A DNA stretch of 64,000 nucleotides from Coniocarpon cinnabarinum (Eukaryota): NCBI GenBank assembly GCA_051942205.1, contig JAVECO010000046.1, forward strand, positions 1-64,000, in the 5' to 3' direction. Position 1 is the first letter of the stretch. Every line of letters starts with the position of its first letter. The notes under the pieces were generated by a model. That model was not told the DNA's origin. It saw only the letters and a program-made list of their open reading frames with translations, and made no database searches. The translations under genes and the position numbers were made by a program. Positions 1-12,895 of the stretch are shown in pieces.

Positions 1-941
1 GTTCCCAACCCCTCCTTCCCCGCATCCCGATTCGCCTGCGTCTGATTCTTCAGCCCCGGCAACTCAAATGTCTCCGTCCGTCCCCCTTCCAATCCCCTCC
101 AGGTATGCCAAAAACTGGAGTGCCCAAACCAGCTTTTATACATCGCATCGTGCACACCGCCGGCGCCCCAGGTCAAGGCTCCGACCCAGGGCTGAATGTT
201 GTAGTTTAATTCCAGTGTCGTGTTTGTGCGGCCGCTCAATCGACCAGACGGGTCGGTGATGTGGTATTTGGGTTTTTGACCTTCGAGTTTGATGATGGCT
301 ACGTCTTGTATGGTTTTCGGTTTCTGCGGCTCTTGGTCTTTTTTGTTTTTGTTTTTGGATTTGGATTTGCGATCGCGGCTGTTGCGACGGCTGGGGTTGG
401 AGGGGTCGTAGTGATTCACGTGAACGGGCGCAAGGGGGTGCTGGAGGATGGCATCCCATAGGATGGCGGTGGTTGCCGGAGCTGGAGCGGTGGAGGCGGC
501 GGAGGATTTTTTGGAAGGAGCAGTGGGATAGGTCGTTGTGATGTATAGGAAGACTTGTTTCGTGTTCCAGGTGAAGAGAGTGCTTAGGTCGAGATCGAGG
601 TCGAACGTGATGTGAGCGAACTCTTCAGGCGCGCGGGAGTAGTAGTGGGGTCGGCCTTTGATACTGGAGTGTGTTAGCTTTGGCATCGTTGCTGGACGTG
701 GGCTTGAGCTGCGTGCTTGTGTGGACGCTTGTGTATGCTGTTATGGAGCGATGCCTTTGGAGCCACGGTTCATTGAGAATCCAACTCACACTTGCACATT
801 CTTCAGAGCTAATGCGCCTTCTGGGACATTGGGACTGGGTGTCATGACAAGACTAAAAATTGCAATCGCGATTGCGACGAATGATGCGGCTGTCGTGAAT
901 GTGCCGAAAACATTTTGAGCGCGGGTGACGGTGTTGTACAT
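1..941 (-). CDS. SPC3: Signal peptidase complex subunit SPC3/SPC22 (3' end beyond window edge)
   Basis: Manually spliced: exon 941-790 (MYNTVTRAQNVFGTFTTAASFVAIAIAIFSLV...KNVQV), GT-AG intron 789-664, exon 663-<1 (IKGRPHYYSRAPEEFAHITFDLDLDLSTLFTWNTKQVFLY...ILWDAIL...NYNIQPWVGALTW). These motifs are typical of fungal SPC3. Not in the ORF track because it is open at the edge. Confidence 0.92.
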
Positions 942-2016
942 GTTGGCGACACGGCTGCAGAGTTGGAGCTTGAGGCGTCTTTGGGAAGCCTACCGGCGTC
1001 GCCGCAACTTCATGTATAGATGTACGACTGGCACTAGTTGGCTGGTTGTCGCGACTGTTGCCGGCCCATGGGTCCGGAGGGGCTCTTGGATGAAACCGGA
1101 TGACAGGAGCTGGTGGACTGCAAGTGCACCGAGAAAGGCTGGATGTTTCAATGTCCGGATGGTTCTGGATACGACAACGTTATGCAACTTGAACAGCTTC
1201 AGTTGAGACCGCGTAGTCTCCGACTACTTCCTAGATCGAGCTATGATGGCTGCCTTTGCTGCTACTGTCTTGGATGTGTCCGTAACAGCAGTGCCAGCAA
1301 TCGATGCGAAGCCTGGGTAACTTGCTACTTGGCTGTGATAAGGCGATCTGGGTAGTTGAAGTGCTTCTCTTGCTCTCGTCCGTGCTCGTAGGACCCAATG
1401 CTAGTTTGTTCTTGACGGACGAGAAGATACATACAAAGTGAGGGTGGTGGTCGTCGAGGATAGTCACGTGATGTGTATTCATCGTGCCTCGTATTAAGAA
1501 TACCGCAAGAAATCGATCCATTAGGAAAACAAAAAAGTATGAGCACGTTGTGAGTTGTTGTATTCGTGACACGCAGGGGCATTATACATCCCTGGCGGTA
1601 TTCCAACAACTTTCTCCCCTGGCGCATACTGGCGCTGCCTATTGTGTGAGAACACACAGGCTCTATATATGGCTTTCCCAGCCCATGAAAATCATCGTCA
1701 TGCGTTTCCTCACCCATCATTGCCTCACCCATCGCCGACAAAAGCAGATAACCAATGCCTCAGCTTTTTAACTCAATAGCCTGTACATGTATCTCCTTCT
1801 GCATTTAGGACCAAAACCATACTGTATATATCACATCTTCATATGTCGCGTACGCACAGCTCTGTCAGCTGTGTGAGGATATCCACACCAGATCACATAA
1901 TAAATCGAACTCGGGAAACGTGTAATGAGCGTGTATGCTAGGTGGTCATCGATCGTAGCTGAGTGTAGGAATATGAAGGTCATGTGGGGGTCCTGCTAGT
2001 TAGATTGCCAGCAGGC

Positions 2017-4791
2017 TCAGTCAAAGAGCGGATCTTTCTCGTCTGATAATTCCATGGTCAGGACGACATCCCAAAACAATTCATCATCAATCTTGTAAAC
2101 TAGATCATGGTTCTCAGGTAAAAAGCTGCGGTCGATGGCGCTTTCGATTCTTCTTTTGTCGGTCACCGTTTCGCCGCCGGTAATGCCTAGTGCGCTGAGA
2201 TAGCCTTGTCGGTCATCGATTGCGCCGCATTGCTTGCAGTTGACAGCCCAGAACTTGCTACCTTGCTCTAGCACCATCTTGGCGTCGTTCAGCTCCGAGT
2301 TGGTCATTCTGTTCAGATCTGTGAGCTTGCCGCCAGCGGAGAGGACGTCGCACGCATTCAAGATGACATAACCGGGGAACGGCTGGGACAGAGCCAAGTC
2401 GATATCGTCGTTGGGTGGCTTGTAGATCTGCTCAGCCAGGGCGTGGATGATCTTCAAGAAGCGATGTGCATAACATCGAGTCATGCGGAAGTTGCGACGC
2501 TTGATCTCCTCAGGGAGAATGTCGACGCGTCCCGTTCTGCCGAGCTTCATGCCAACCAGGTGATAGATAGCTTGCAGAACGTAAAAGTCGGTGAAGTGTC
2601 CTTCTTGGATGGCCCGCTGAATGTTTGCTTTGCTGTACGTCAAATGCTGAGGGAGGGACTGAACCCAAGCTTGCATGCGGGCTTTGGTGCGGCGGAAGTA
2701 GTCTTCGTAATAGTCCACATAAATCGAAGGAACCCGATTGACGGAACGGTACGAGTTGCCCGTCACGTCGCCCCAAATCGAGGTGATCTCAACCAACAGG
2801 GCCATGGGTGACGGTTCACCGTCGTGAGCCTCACGGACTTCCTCGCCACCAAATGTGGCTGTCGTTTGATCTAGACCAGCCGCGTAGTCTTGCTCATGCA
2901 TTGGCAAGCGCAGAAACAACTCCACGTCGTGGATCTGGCCCATCGAGCCGTACGAAAAGCTGTTGTAACGCTGGCCGATGGTTAGCGTAGGAAAAAGCAG
3001 AAAGAGATTAAAACCAACTCACATCAATGAAATACGTAACGAAGAAGCTCCGCCTCCGACACTCTTTCAATTGCGTAGCGTTCATGTCAAAGTCGTGAAT
3101 CTTCCGGTCTTCGTCGACTTCGGATATTCGATTTTCGTCACTATACCTCATCGATAGGGCCGTGCGGATGGCGTGTGCAGTGTATTCAAACGTTCCTTCA
3201 AAATTTCCTCGAGCAAAATTATAAAGCAGCAAAGCGCTGCGGGCTTGCATTAATTGTAAAGAAGGTTGATCCACGCGATCCCGTTCCAATGCATAGGCGA
3301 TCTGGTAGCAATGCTGCCCAATGTGCCGTCCTCGAGGATCCTGACTAAATGCTGAACCGAATGCCATGAGCGCGTAAACTACCATGATATCGTCGGCGGA
3401 CTTGGTAGTGCATCGTCTCGTCCAGTCAAAGAAGTGCTCGCGCGGAAAAATGGCATAAGGCGAGGCGTTGCGATGATGAAAAAAGAGGTCCAAGAAATAT
3501 AATGTCGTCTCGCCGTCTGCTTCGTAAGGGTCGACGCTTGCGTGGAACACTTCACTGTTGGCGGTTTCAGGCAGCGGAGGTTGTCTAAATTTCCTGCCTC
3601 GCGGTGTTTGCCTTCCTTTCTTCCGTTCGAGGGTGGATTGAGTCCCCTGAAGGTCCTGATATTTGCCCTTGGACCAGTCCTCGTCAGACTGCACACCCTG
3701 GCTTCCCAGCCGGTTATTTGTGATTGTCGAGTAGCCATTGAGTGTTTGATGCGGGACGCCTTGGTCGTAGCGTTGTCTTGCAGAGCTTTCGCTTCGACTT
3801 GGAGGCGGAAATCTTCCACTGCTCAAGCCTGCTGCTGGTCTCTTTGTGCCTTTGTGGTCTGCATCCGCAGGCGTATGTGATTCTTGGGGTCTGTACAGAT
3901 CTGTCAGCAAGCGTTTCAAAGGAATGAATTGTCGAGTTTTACGCACATCTTGCAAGGTCGATTCAGTCTTGCACATTGCACACACTTGGTGTCGCCCGGA
4001 CCTCCTTGCTCGCACTTGATTTTCTTCTCCCTGCAAGTCGCGCAAGCTTTCGCCAATCTCTTTCTCGGCTTGCCGGCCTTCGTGATGCCCCACGCTGGAT
4101 TGACAGGCTCGCCCGCAATCACTGTGCGCATGGTAGACCCATCCTCCAGCACAAAGCACTCGTCTCCGTCAATTTGTCGTACGTCCACGACATTGCGAGC
4201 GTTCACATGTGGTCGATTGCCGTCGGGGCCATCTGCATGCAGTTGCTCATTGGAGAGCCGGTGTCCAGGACCATTGCTCTCGCGCACATGATCCACGGGG
4301 TCAGAGGGGAGTCTCGGGTGGAGTGGCGAGCTAGAGTCGTTGGGCGCACCTCGTATCGTCGAGGCTTTCAGCGAGTCGTTGAGTGTGGGAACGTTGTATG
4401 TCGCAACTGGTGCGGGTTGCGAAGGTGGCAGCGGATAAGATGGCTTGTACGGAAGGTCACGCGACGGAGCATAAGGAGCATTCAGATATGGCAATAACTG
4501 CGAAGGACGTGTGGCGGACGTGGGTGCTGTCACCGGTTGCGGAGGAGGCGCAGGGTATGCGGCGCGAGGTGCGTGAATGCCATTGGATGCGTATGGCGGG
4601 CTTGCGTGGTAAGGCGGGTAGCCGGGATAGCTGTCTGCTGCGGGAGGAGGAGGAGGAGGAGGAGGGCGTTCCTTGGGTGAGTCCCTCGAGCGAGGTGGCT
4701 CATACGGACGGTCAGTGCTCTTGAGGAGTTGGTGTATAGAAGGGAGAGTGACTGGAGAGGAGCGGTGATCCAGATTGTACGTTCCAGGCAT
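2017..4791 (-). CDS. Zn2Cys6 transcription factor with fungal-specific TF (middle homology) domain
   Basis: Three exons joining ORFs 3916-4791, 3008-4159 and 2017-2943 via introns near 3946-3892 and 3021-2971. Zn cluster CATCREKKIKCEQGGPGDTKCVQCARLNRPC preceded by WGITKAGKPRKRLA; ECRRRSFF motif of the Fungal_trans region; Pro-rich N-terminus. Confidence 0.9.
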
Positions 4792-5690
4792 AGGTCAGGA
4801 AGGCGTGCGCTGTCCCCATTCGCGTGACGCGGAGCGTGCTGACAGCGAAGGGAGGAGTCCTGGCCAGTATATTACTGTTGTCTGAAATGACAGGAGCCAA
4901 TGGAGCACGAAAAGAGCTCGGAGGGGAAGCGACGTGAACGGCGCTGCAATGCTGGCGGGGGACGTGCGGGCTCCACCGGCACCAAGGGTCGTCTGGGCAA
5001 ATATTGGGACCCTCTGCAATATGAGTCTCGATGCCGCGTGTCTTGGACGGGCGTGGGCGGGCGTAGGTCTGGAGGCGGATGGGCAGGTGGAAGCAGGATG
5101 AGAGGGAGACGTGGGCGCGAAGGAAGACGAAAAGGGTGGAAGCGCAGGACGGAGTGGAGGTTGAGAGGTTGAGACAGGCCGGAAGGGAAGGGAAGGAAGG
5201 GGACGGACGGGGACGAGAGAGAGAAGGCCGCAGCACGCAGCAGGAGCCGGAGCAGGAGCAGGAGCAGGACGCAGCAAAGGCAAAGCGAGCAAGCCAGCAA
5301 GCCAGTCACCAGCAAGCCAGCGAGCCAGCGAGCAAGAGCAAGCAAGCAAGCAACCAGAATGACGGACACTCACTAAGAGCCGCTCCGGCACGGAGGGCGT
5401 GCAGATCGTTGGCAAAGAATAGGCTGGACAGCGCTACCTGCGGAAGACCGAGTGCCAGTTCGTGCTGGAGAAGCAGACGCTGGACGAGGCAATGCTAAAA
5501 ACGAACACCAGCCCGCTCGACTCGATTGTTCAGTTCAGGCAGGCACCGCCAACGCTCGACGGCCCTCGTCACCCTCATCACCCTCATCACATCTACCTAC
5601 CATTACTTACCATCATCAGATGCCCTTGGCGTGGACCCCGTTCCTTGCACGCAGACACCAATGAGGGCCTGACCTGTGACAACCGCACCA

Positions 5691-5718
5691 ACACACACAC
5701 ACACACACACACACACAC
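5691..5718. repeat. (AC)14 microsatellite
   Basis: Perfect dinucleotide run read directly. Confidence 0.95.
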
Positions 5719-8700
5719 AGCGCCCTCCGAGGAAAGAGATGAACTGGAGCACACGCACGCACGCACACATGAACACACATACACCCACACACGCAGGGAG
5801 CTGGGCATCGGCATCGTCGAGACAACTCGAGATCAGCCCGCAGCCAGGCACGGAGGCAAGTCACAGGTTGCAGCATCGGCGGCCGCGAACGAAAGTCTAG
5901 CGCAGGAATGAAGCGAAGGTTAGGAGCGTGGGCGCTGACCAGTGACCACTGACAGACTGAGTGATCGGGTCCATGCTTCCCGGCTGTCTTCAGACTAGAC
6001 TGTGGGTTCTCTCTCTCCCTCCTCGTCTGCGGCGTTGCATTGCCGTGGACCGCGATTGACCGACCCCAGATGTCATATATCCCGTGTATGGGTCCTTCCC
6101 TGCACGCATGCTGGACGAGAATCGGGCCTCAGCCCATCTGCACCGGCCTCCCTTGCAGCGTCCCGCTCCACGCGACATCTCACTGCACATCACTGTCAAT
6201 CGTTGCCTCGTGGGCGGCTGGAGTGTCCACTGGCGGTGCGACAGCCCGTGCCTCCATCGCGACGATCGCATGACGATGCAGAGGGTCATTGATCGAGCGA
6301 CGAGATGCCCTAGTGCGCGCCCCCCGGCCAGGCTATGCGCCATGGGGTAGGTGCGCTGAGGCCCTGTGCAGAGACATCCATGGACTCTAACGTGATCGAT
6401 TATGATCTTCAGCTGTCTTCCCCAATATGTTAAGCAGATCCGTCCTGTCGGCCGTAAATCTACGAGTGCCGCCTGCACCCTCTTGCCGCGTCCGGTTCGA
6501 GAATTTTAGAGATGCAGCGTATCGGCGCCTTCAGCAGCATTGGTTGAGCTCTTCACGAGCGAGAGTCATGGAAGCCGGAGGGACGAGCCAGGACGGCGAG
6601 GATGAGCACGGGTGTTTCGACGCGATTCTAGCGCCCCAGGACGACGCCACGATCCGGCTCTTGGTCGAGCAGTACCGGCGCAGCAGTGACTTGTGACGGC
6701 GGGGCTGATCGGCCGTGACGCCGTCTGCACTGCAGGGCGCGCATGGCTGACTCCCATTGGCCTGCTCGTTACCCGCGCTGGAGCATCTGTGCACGCCCGC
6801 AAGACACAAATAATCTCGAGGCCGTCAGCAGGCAGTCCACTGGCTTCCCCGGGGGAAAAAGGGGGAGGGTGCTGCGGACGCCGTGACGTCCAGGATCCAC
6901 CGACGACGCTCGGATCGGGTCAAGCCAAGCTTCGTGCGCCCAGGACTGGAGGCACATGATGGTGTGGACGTCCACTGTGTCTGTGGTCGGCGCCGGCAAT
7001 TTCGGAGCAGAGCCGGCAGAGCAGCAGCTTCCGCCCTAGCGTCTTAATGCGTCCAAGTGCCGGACAGGCTTCACACGTGACCCGGACCTGGCGCGAACTT
7101 GTCCCAGCCAATGGTCCCGCCGCTGGCGATGGGTGAGGGTGGTGAAACATGCGCACAGAGAAGCTACCGCACTCGGCAGCCGCTGTTGAGCAGCACGAGC
7201 AGACAGCGCGCCGTGCCTTGACGGGCGGCTTCCCAGGTTGGGCGGCGTACAGGCGTTGCAGAGGTGGTGTAGGGCAATGTGCCAGGAGGTGGCGAGCTGT
7301 CGGCCGGTAGTCGTCTCGCCGTTGACTGTTTACGGCAATCTGGAACTGGTGAGCTCGGATGGAGTGCAGCTGTGCACCGGGCGGGTCCTGCGGCAGGCAT
7401 TGACTCATCCGCGCTCCTGGTAGATGGCTGTGATGCCCCTACCTGCCCGGACTAGGTACCTACCTTACTAGGTACCTACCCAGCTTACCCTGTCCTTCTC
7501 TTGGAATGAATCATTCAAGGCGAGACACAGATGGGGCAGGGTATGGGGGCACTCACTTGTGCGCACTCGATGTTCTGCACTGGTCGACCCATTCCAGGAC
7601 TCCCAATGCACTGTGCTCTCCCTCCCGACTCACAGACGGAGCGCCCGTGGTTCGCGCGGCGCTCTGACACTGCCCCAGGGCGGTAGAACCCCGGTGAGCA
7701 GACTTGCCGACGCCATCACTACCGCGCGACGCACGAGGCGTTGGTCCTCCCAACCCTCCTGTCCACCCGCCGCCCATTTTGAGTTTGACCTGGCTGACCC
7801 AAAGCGGCGCTGGCATATTCTCCCTTCTGGTAAGCTCCTCGACGCTGCCTCCAACCCTCGCCTGCCCGCCATCCTTTCGCTCTCCGGCGTTTGCATAATC
7901 GCGATCGAACTGTGCGGTCCTTGAGTGCTGTGATTGTGGCTTTCCTCCTCCTGGTGGTTCTCTGCCAAAATTCCTTGGAACCGCGGGGCTCAGGCATCAC
8001 GCCGAGAAGCGTCCTCGCTTTCATTCCGAGACATGCGGAACAATGCCCTGTCGCATGCCGCATGACCCGGCACTTGAGAGACAGGGCAGGCTTTGTGTCG
8101 TGACATCTCCTGGGCGAGCTCCCTTGAGCTTTGCTCCACCGTCGACCAGGTCTGATTGCTCCTTCCAGCTCATTGCATCTTTCAAGTCAGCGTGCATCTG
8201 CTCTGGACTCCGGTCGCTGCCTGCAGAGCGACCTCTTGCCTTATTCGAGCGAGGATGCGGCACTGGCCGGCCGTACCAGCCTCACCACCGCAGCCGGTTT
8301 CAGAGTTGGTAGGGAGGGGGCTGTCAAGTTTCAGCCCGGTTTTCTGGATCTTGGCCCCAACACGCCGCATTCGGCAGCGGTTCTTGCTTCCGGCATTGCG
8401 ACTGCACGACTGCATGACTACGCGACCGCATAAGCGACAGGCGACGTCGTCGACTGCCATGCGCTGTCTCCATGCCTGTCGATGCTGTCGGCTGTCCAGG
8501 TTGGGCCCGGTCTCCATTTCGGACGAGTCCTGTCGGTAGATTGCCCTTGTATAGCACATTCGACAACCTTGACTAATGTACATTCCTCGTCAGGAGGTGG
8601 TGGGAGTGCTTTCGCAATGTTAGTAACGCAATTAGCACCCAATGTATTCCTTGTGTGCCTTTGATGCCCAACCGACATGCTTTGCTCTCATCATAGCCAG

Positions 8701-10450
8701 GACGTGGGCTCAACCCGAGTCCCGCTGTGGTCTAGCAATTTGTAGTTGTAAAATGCTCCGAAATCGCCCCGCCCTTCGATTGGATGAAAGCTGTTCAAAG
8801 TCTTTGCATCGTATATGTAGCATTGGCTGGTATTGGAATAAACAGAGTCAGCCTCAATCCGTAGAGCATCCCAATCAGGCGAGCAGACACATCGTGGTGA
8901 CAGAAATTGGTGCAGACAAGACTACTCCTCGTCATTGACTAAGCCAGTCGAGAAAAGCACGCTACTGATGCCTTTTAAGGTAACATGCGAGCGCCTTTTT
9001 CAAGGACTGGCATCTTCACACATGAGTGGTGCACAAAGTAAACTTGCCAGCGGCTTTCCAACTAACTACATTCACCGACCACAAGAATTGCAGAAGCACT
9101 GGACGCAGTGCATCCCTGTGCTTCAAGCTAACACCACTGTTTGCAAGGGCCAAAAAGCTCCAGTCCCCTCTGCTCTGTCGTGAGAATTGAGCACGACCTT
9201 CCGTCAGCGATCCCGATGCTACAATCCATAGGCTCAGCTCCGATCTAGCATTCATCAACTCTGAGACCATGACAAATTCTAGTTGACCGTCAAAGCGATC
9301 GTCCATGACGAAAACAGCGCAATCCTGAGTCTCGGGTCAGACGGCTGGAAACAGTTCAAGCAGGCATCACATCTCTCAATTCGCAATGCCAAAAACAGTG
9401 CACCACTTTTCGCCGCGCACGATGGAATTGTTACGTGGGACATCACGGCAATCCTTGTACTCGCATCGCGTCTGCATCCTCCAAGACATCGGCGTCGTAG
9501 CACCCAGAACAAGCACGTATGATAAAAACACCGTCATCACCGCTCCAAGAAGGAGCTGCTTCTGGCCGCGAAAAGCATTTCTGGTCCTTCGTTGCTGCTG
9601 GTAGGACAGCCTTTCCGTGAGGTTGGTCATTTCCTATGTTGCCGCGCCATTGCTCTTCACCGCTTTTCCGAAGGGGACACTGCTCTTGCACGAGAGTTAC
9701 CGCCTAGCTTGCGTGTTACTCATGTTTGCTGCTCCTCAGCTTCTGCAGTAACTTGCGGCCACGTCGTTAGCTGCGCAGGTGCCTTGAACGGTGAAATAGA
9801 AGCCCCGATGTATGACTCCCATTACGCCTATCTTTCTGTTACATCTCTCTAGAGACGGGCCATTCCCATTGGCTATTCTCCACTCGTGGCAGTGATTGCC
9901 CTCAAAAATTACGAATGGCAGTCTTGCTCTGAGCTCTGGAACTTCTACATCTCAACTCGTAGACAGGCACTCATCAGCAGTATCCGCCGATACGGAAGAT
10001 CCCGTTTGTTTTCTACCTTGATCAAGTGCTCACGAAACGAAGTGATGGAAGAGCTGATCCGGTGGTCAATTCGCGACTCTGTCATCAAGAAATATGATTG
10101 AGCTCCGGCCTTTCATCCGCTATCAAGCATTTCGATATATACAATTCGTCTGTGGCAGGATGCATAATGCTAACACCACTGTCATGAATTGAAATCCATC
10201 GACCCTATCAAGCAGCGTCTTCACTACTCCATAGGGGAACATCGAGCAAGTTGAATGTGGATGGCTATGTCTGAGGGTTGGACATTAGACCATTGTTCTC
10301 AGCTGCGGCCTTTGCGTGCACAGCTCTGTATACAAACCTACGACGATGCCGAATCGTCTCTAACAAACTGGACGATCGCTTTCTTTGCCTTCTTCGCAGG
10401 CCACACATCTCCCTCGTCCTAACAACTATCTTTAGAATTCTAGTCTCTCG

Positions 10451-10918
10451 TTAACTCTAAGCCTCCTGTTAACTCTAAGCCTCTTCTTAACTCTTACCCC
10501 CTTGTTAACTCTGAGCCTCTTGTTTATTCTGAGCCTCTCGTTAACTCCAAGCCTCTTGTTAACTCTAAGACTATAGTTTATTCCAAGCCTCTTCTTAACT
10601 CTAAGCCTTCATTAACTTTAAGCCTCTTATTAATTCTTTACCTTTCCCTAACTTAAACCTCTTATTAACTCTAAGCCCCTCTTACGTCTCTACCTTCTTA
10701 ACTCTGTGCCTCTCTTTAACTCTCTCCTTAACTCTAAGCCTTAACTCTAAGCCTCTTATTAACTCTGAGACCCCCCTCGCGCCTCTACCTCCTTAACTAT
10801 AAGTCTCTTATTAACTCTAAGCCTCTCCTTAACTCAAACCTCTTGTTAACTCTAAGTCCTCCTCGCGTCTCTACCTCCTTAACTCTTAGCCTTAACTCTT
10901 AGCCCCTCTCGCGCCTCC
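10451..10918. repeat. Degenerate ~18-bp minisatellite (TTAACTCTAAGCCTCTTR), about 24 units
   Basis: Units read directly; a longer variant containing CTCGCGYCTCTACCTCC recurs several times. Confidence 0.92.
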
Positions 10919-11117
10919 AAATCGTTAAGTCCTAGCTAGAACCCTCATAATCACACACGACTCCTTGTTTTGATCTCTTTAGTTAAACAGCCTAATATCT
11001 AACGATGAAAGCATCTTTAGTTATGTCTCTTTGCCGTCGTCATGCTAGCAGAATGTGACGCTTAAACGAGTGTCCTCTTCTGGATACCTCTTCTGGATAC
11101 TTACTATTTCGGTTCTC

Positions 11118-11188
11118 TGCGACGTCAACTCTTTGCGACGTTAGTCCTTCGCAACGTCAGTCCTTCGCGACGTCAATTTCCGCGACCT
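11118..11188. repeat. 16-bp tandem repeat with core GCGACGTCA, about 4.5 units
   Basis: Units start at 11118, 11134, 11150, 11166 and 11181. Confidence 0.85.
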
Positions 11189-11410
11189 AAATTCGGAGCT
11201 GGCTGGATGGATCTCAATGCTAGACATGAGGCCAGTAGATGCCTATATCTCGCTTCATGTTCATTGATCTCATGTTTATGATTCATGTTTATGATTCATA
11301 ATTCATAAATTATAATTCATGACTCATGAATAAACGATTGGTAAGTCAATTCTGGGTTCGGGACGCAAACGTGTAAGCGAGGGTGGAGGGCGATGTTGAA
11401 ATGTTTAAGC

Positions 11411-11729
11411 ACTCTTGGGAAGGGTTGAGAGATTCCTTGGGAACGGTTGAGAGACTCCTTGAGAAGCGAAGAGATGAGAGACTCCTTGGGAAGAGATGAG
11501 AGACTCCTTGGGAAGAGATGAGAGACTCCTTGGGAAGAGAAGAGAGACACTTCTTAGAAAGAGATGAGAGACACTCCTCGAGAAGAGATGAGAGACTCCT
11601 TGGGAAGAGATAAAAGACTCCTTGGGAAGGGTTGAGAGACTCCTCGGGAAGAGATAAGAGACGCTCCTTGAGAAGAGATGAGAGACGCTCCTTGAGAAGA
11701 GCTGAGACACTCCTTAAGGGGTTGAGACA
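11411..11729. repeat. 22-24-bp minisatellite (GAGAGACTCCTTGGGAAGAGAT), about 14 units
   Basis: Read directly; several units are identical. Confidence 0.95.
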
Positions 11730-11979
11730 AAATATTCAGACGAGAAGTGGGAGTCGCCCCAGTCAGCCAGTCTGATCCATGAAATCAGTATACAACTAGG
11801 TATACAGGATCAAGGTTCAATTTGTGATCTCGTACCTTGCTGGACTGGGATTTGCGCAGTATATACTGTGACTCGAGCGTTCATCGGTGTGCTTTGCTCG
11901 TGCTGTAGATCGACGAATTAATGCAGATGTTGTCTATCCATGATTTGCGTGTTTTGAAAGACATCTATGCACGTTGATG

Positions 11980-12307
11980 CAGAATCCAGCATCCAGAATC
12001 CAGCATCCAGAATCCAGAATAGGATCAAGAGTCAAGAGTCAGGAATCAAGACTTCAGGGTAGAATCAAGAGTCAAGAGTCAAGAGTCAAGAGTCAAGAAT
12101 CAAGAACTAAGGACTAAGAATCATGGACCAAGAACCAAGAATCAAGAACCATGGACCAAAAATCATGGACCAAGAACCAAGAACCACGGACCAAGGATCA
12201 AGGACCTAGAATCATGAATCAAGGATCAAGGATCAAGAATCATGGACCAAGAATCAAGGCCCAAGGATCCAGAATCCAGAACCAAAGATCCAGAATCCAG
12301 GATCCAT
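11980..12307. repeat. Degenerate heptamer array (ATCCAGA/GTCAAGA/ATCAAGA/ACCAAGA/ATCAAGG/ATCATGG)
   Basis: 7-bp periodicity over about 330 bp. Confidence 0.92.
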
Positions 12308-12895
12308 ATCCAAAACCAAAATATACAAGATAGTATACAAAAACATCAACGAGCAGCGTCACCTCCACGCAGGTCACGAAAAATCGCAACGCACTCATTT
12401 ATAGTCCGAACAGGGACGAATGGTAAGTATAGCAGACGACATAGCTCGGAGCCTTTACGGAACGAGACGCAGAAGGGCGCGACGCACGAGGAGCGAGAGG
12501 AAGACGAATGAGGCATGCAATAGCGAAATAAAGTGCAGAGCCATTAACATAACCACCAAGGCCAGAACGTCACGCGACGCCAAGTTTTTTAAGCAATACC
12601 AGTCGCCCATGCAAGCAGAATCAATCACAATCGCGAAATGAGCAGGAACTTCACATGACCAAAGCAATAAGAGCGCAGGAAAAGAAGTGCAGCGAGCACA
12701 GCCATCACATCCATCAAAATAGTTACAGCGATCACAGTAGTCACGGCGGAATAAAAGCACGAAGAGAGCACGAACAAGGTGAGTAAAGGTAATGACATTC
12801 ATGGCATACTCGTTCCTTACGGGAACGGAAGAGATCTGCTCGTTTTGCCGAAGAACGGAATCGGAAGTGGAATCGAGTCTTGCAAAGAGTGTGCG

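Noticed and set aside
1113..1741. Cys-rich ORF 1113-1355 (+) and 138-aa ORF 1325-1741 (-) as small secreted proteins
   Set aside because: No convincing ATG plus signal peptide and no recognisable motif; a decayed gene cannot be excluded.
4712..5911. Overlapping low-complexity ORFs upstream of the Zn2Cys6 gene
   Set aside because: Arise from GC-rich simple repeats and the (AC)n tract.
10451..10918. Interstitial telomere array
   Set aside because: Unit is about 18 bp and lacks TTAGGG/CCCTAA runs.
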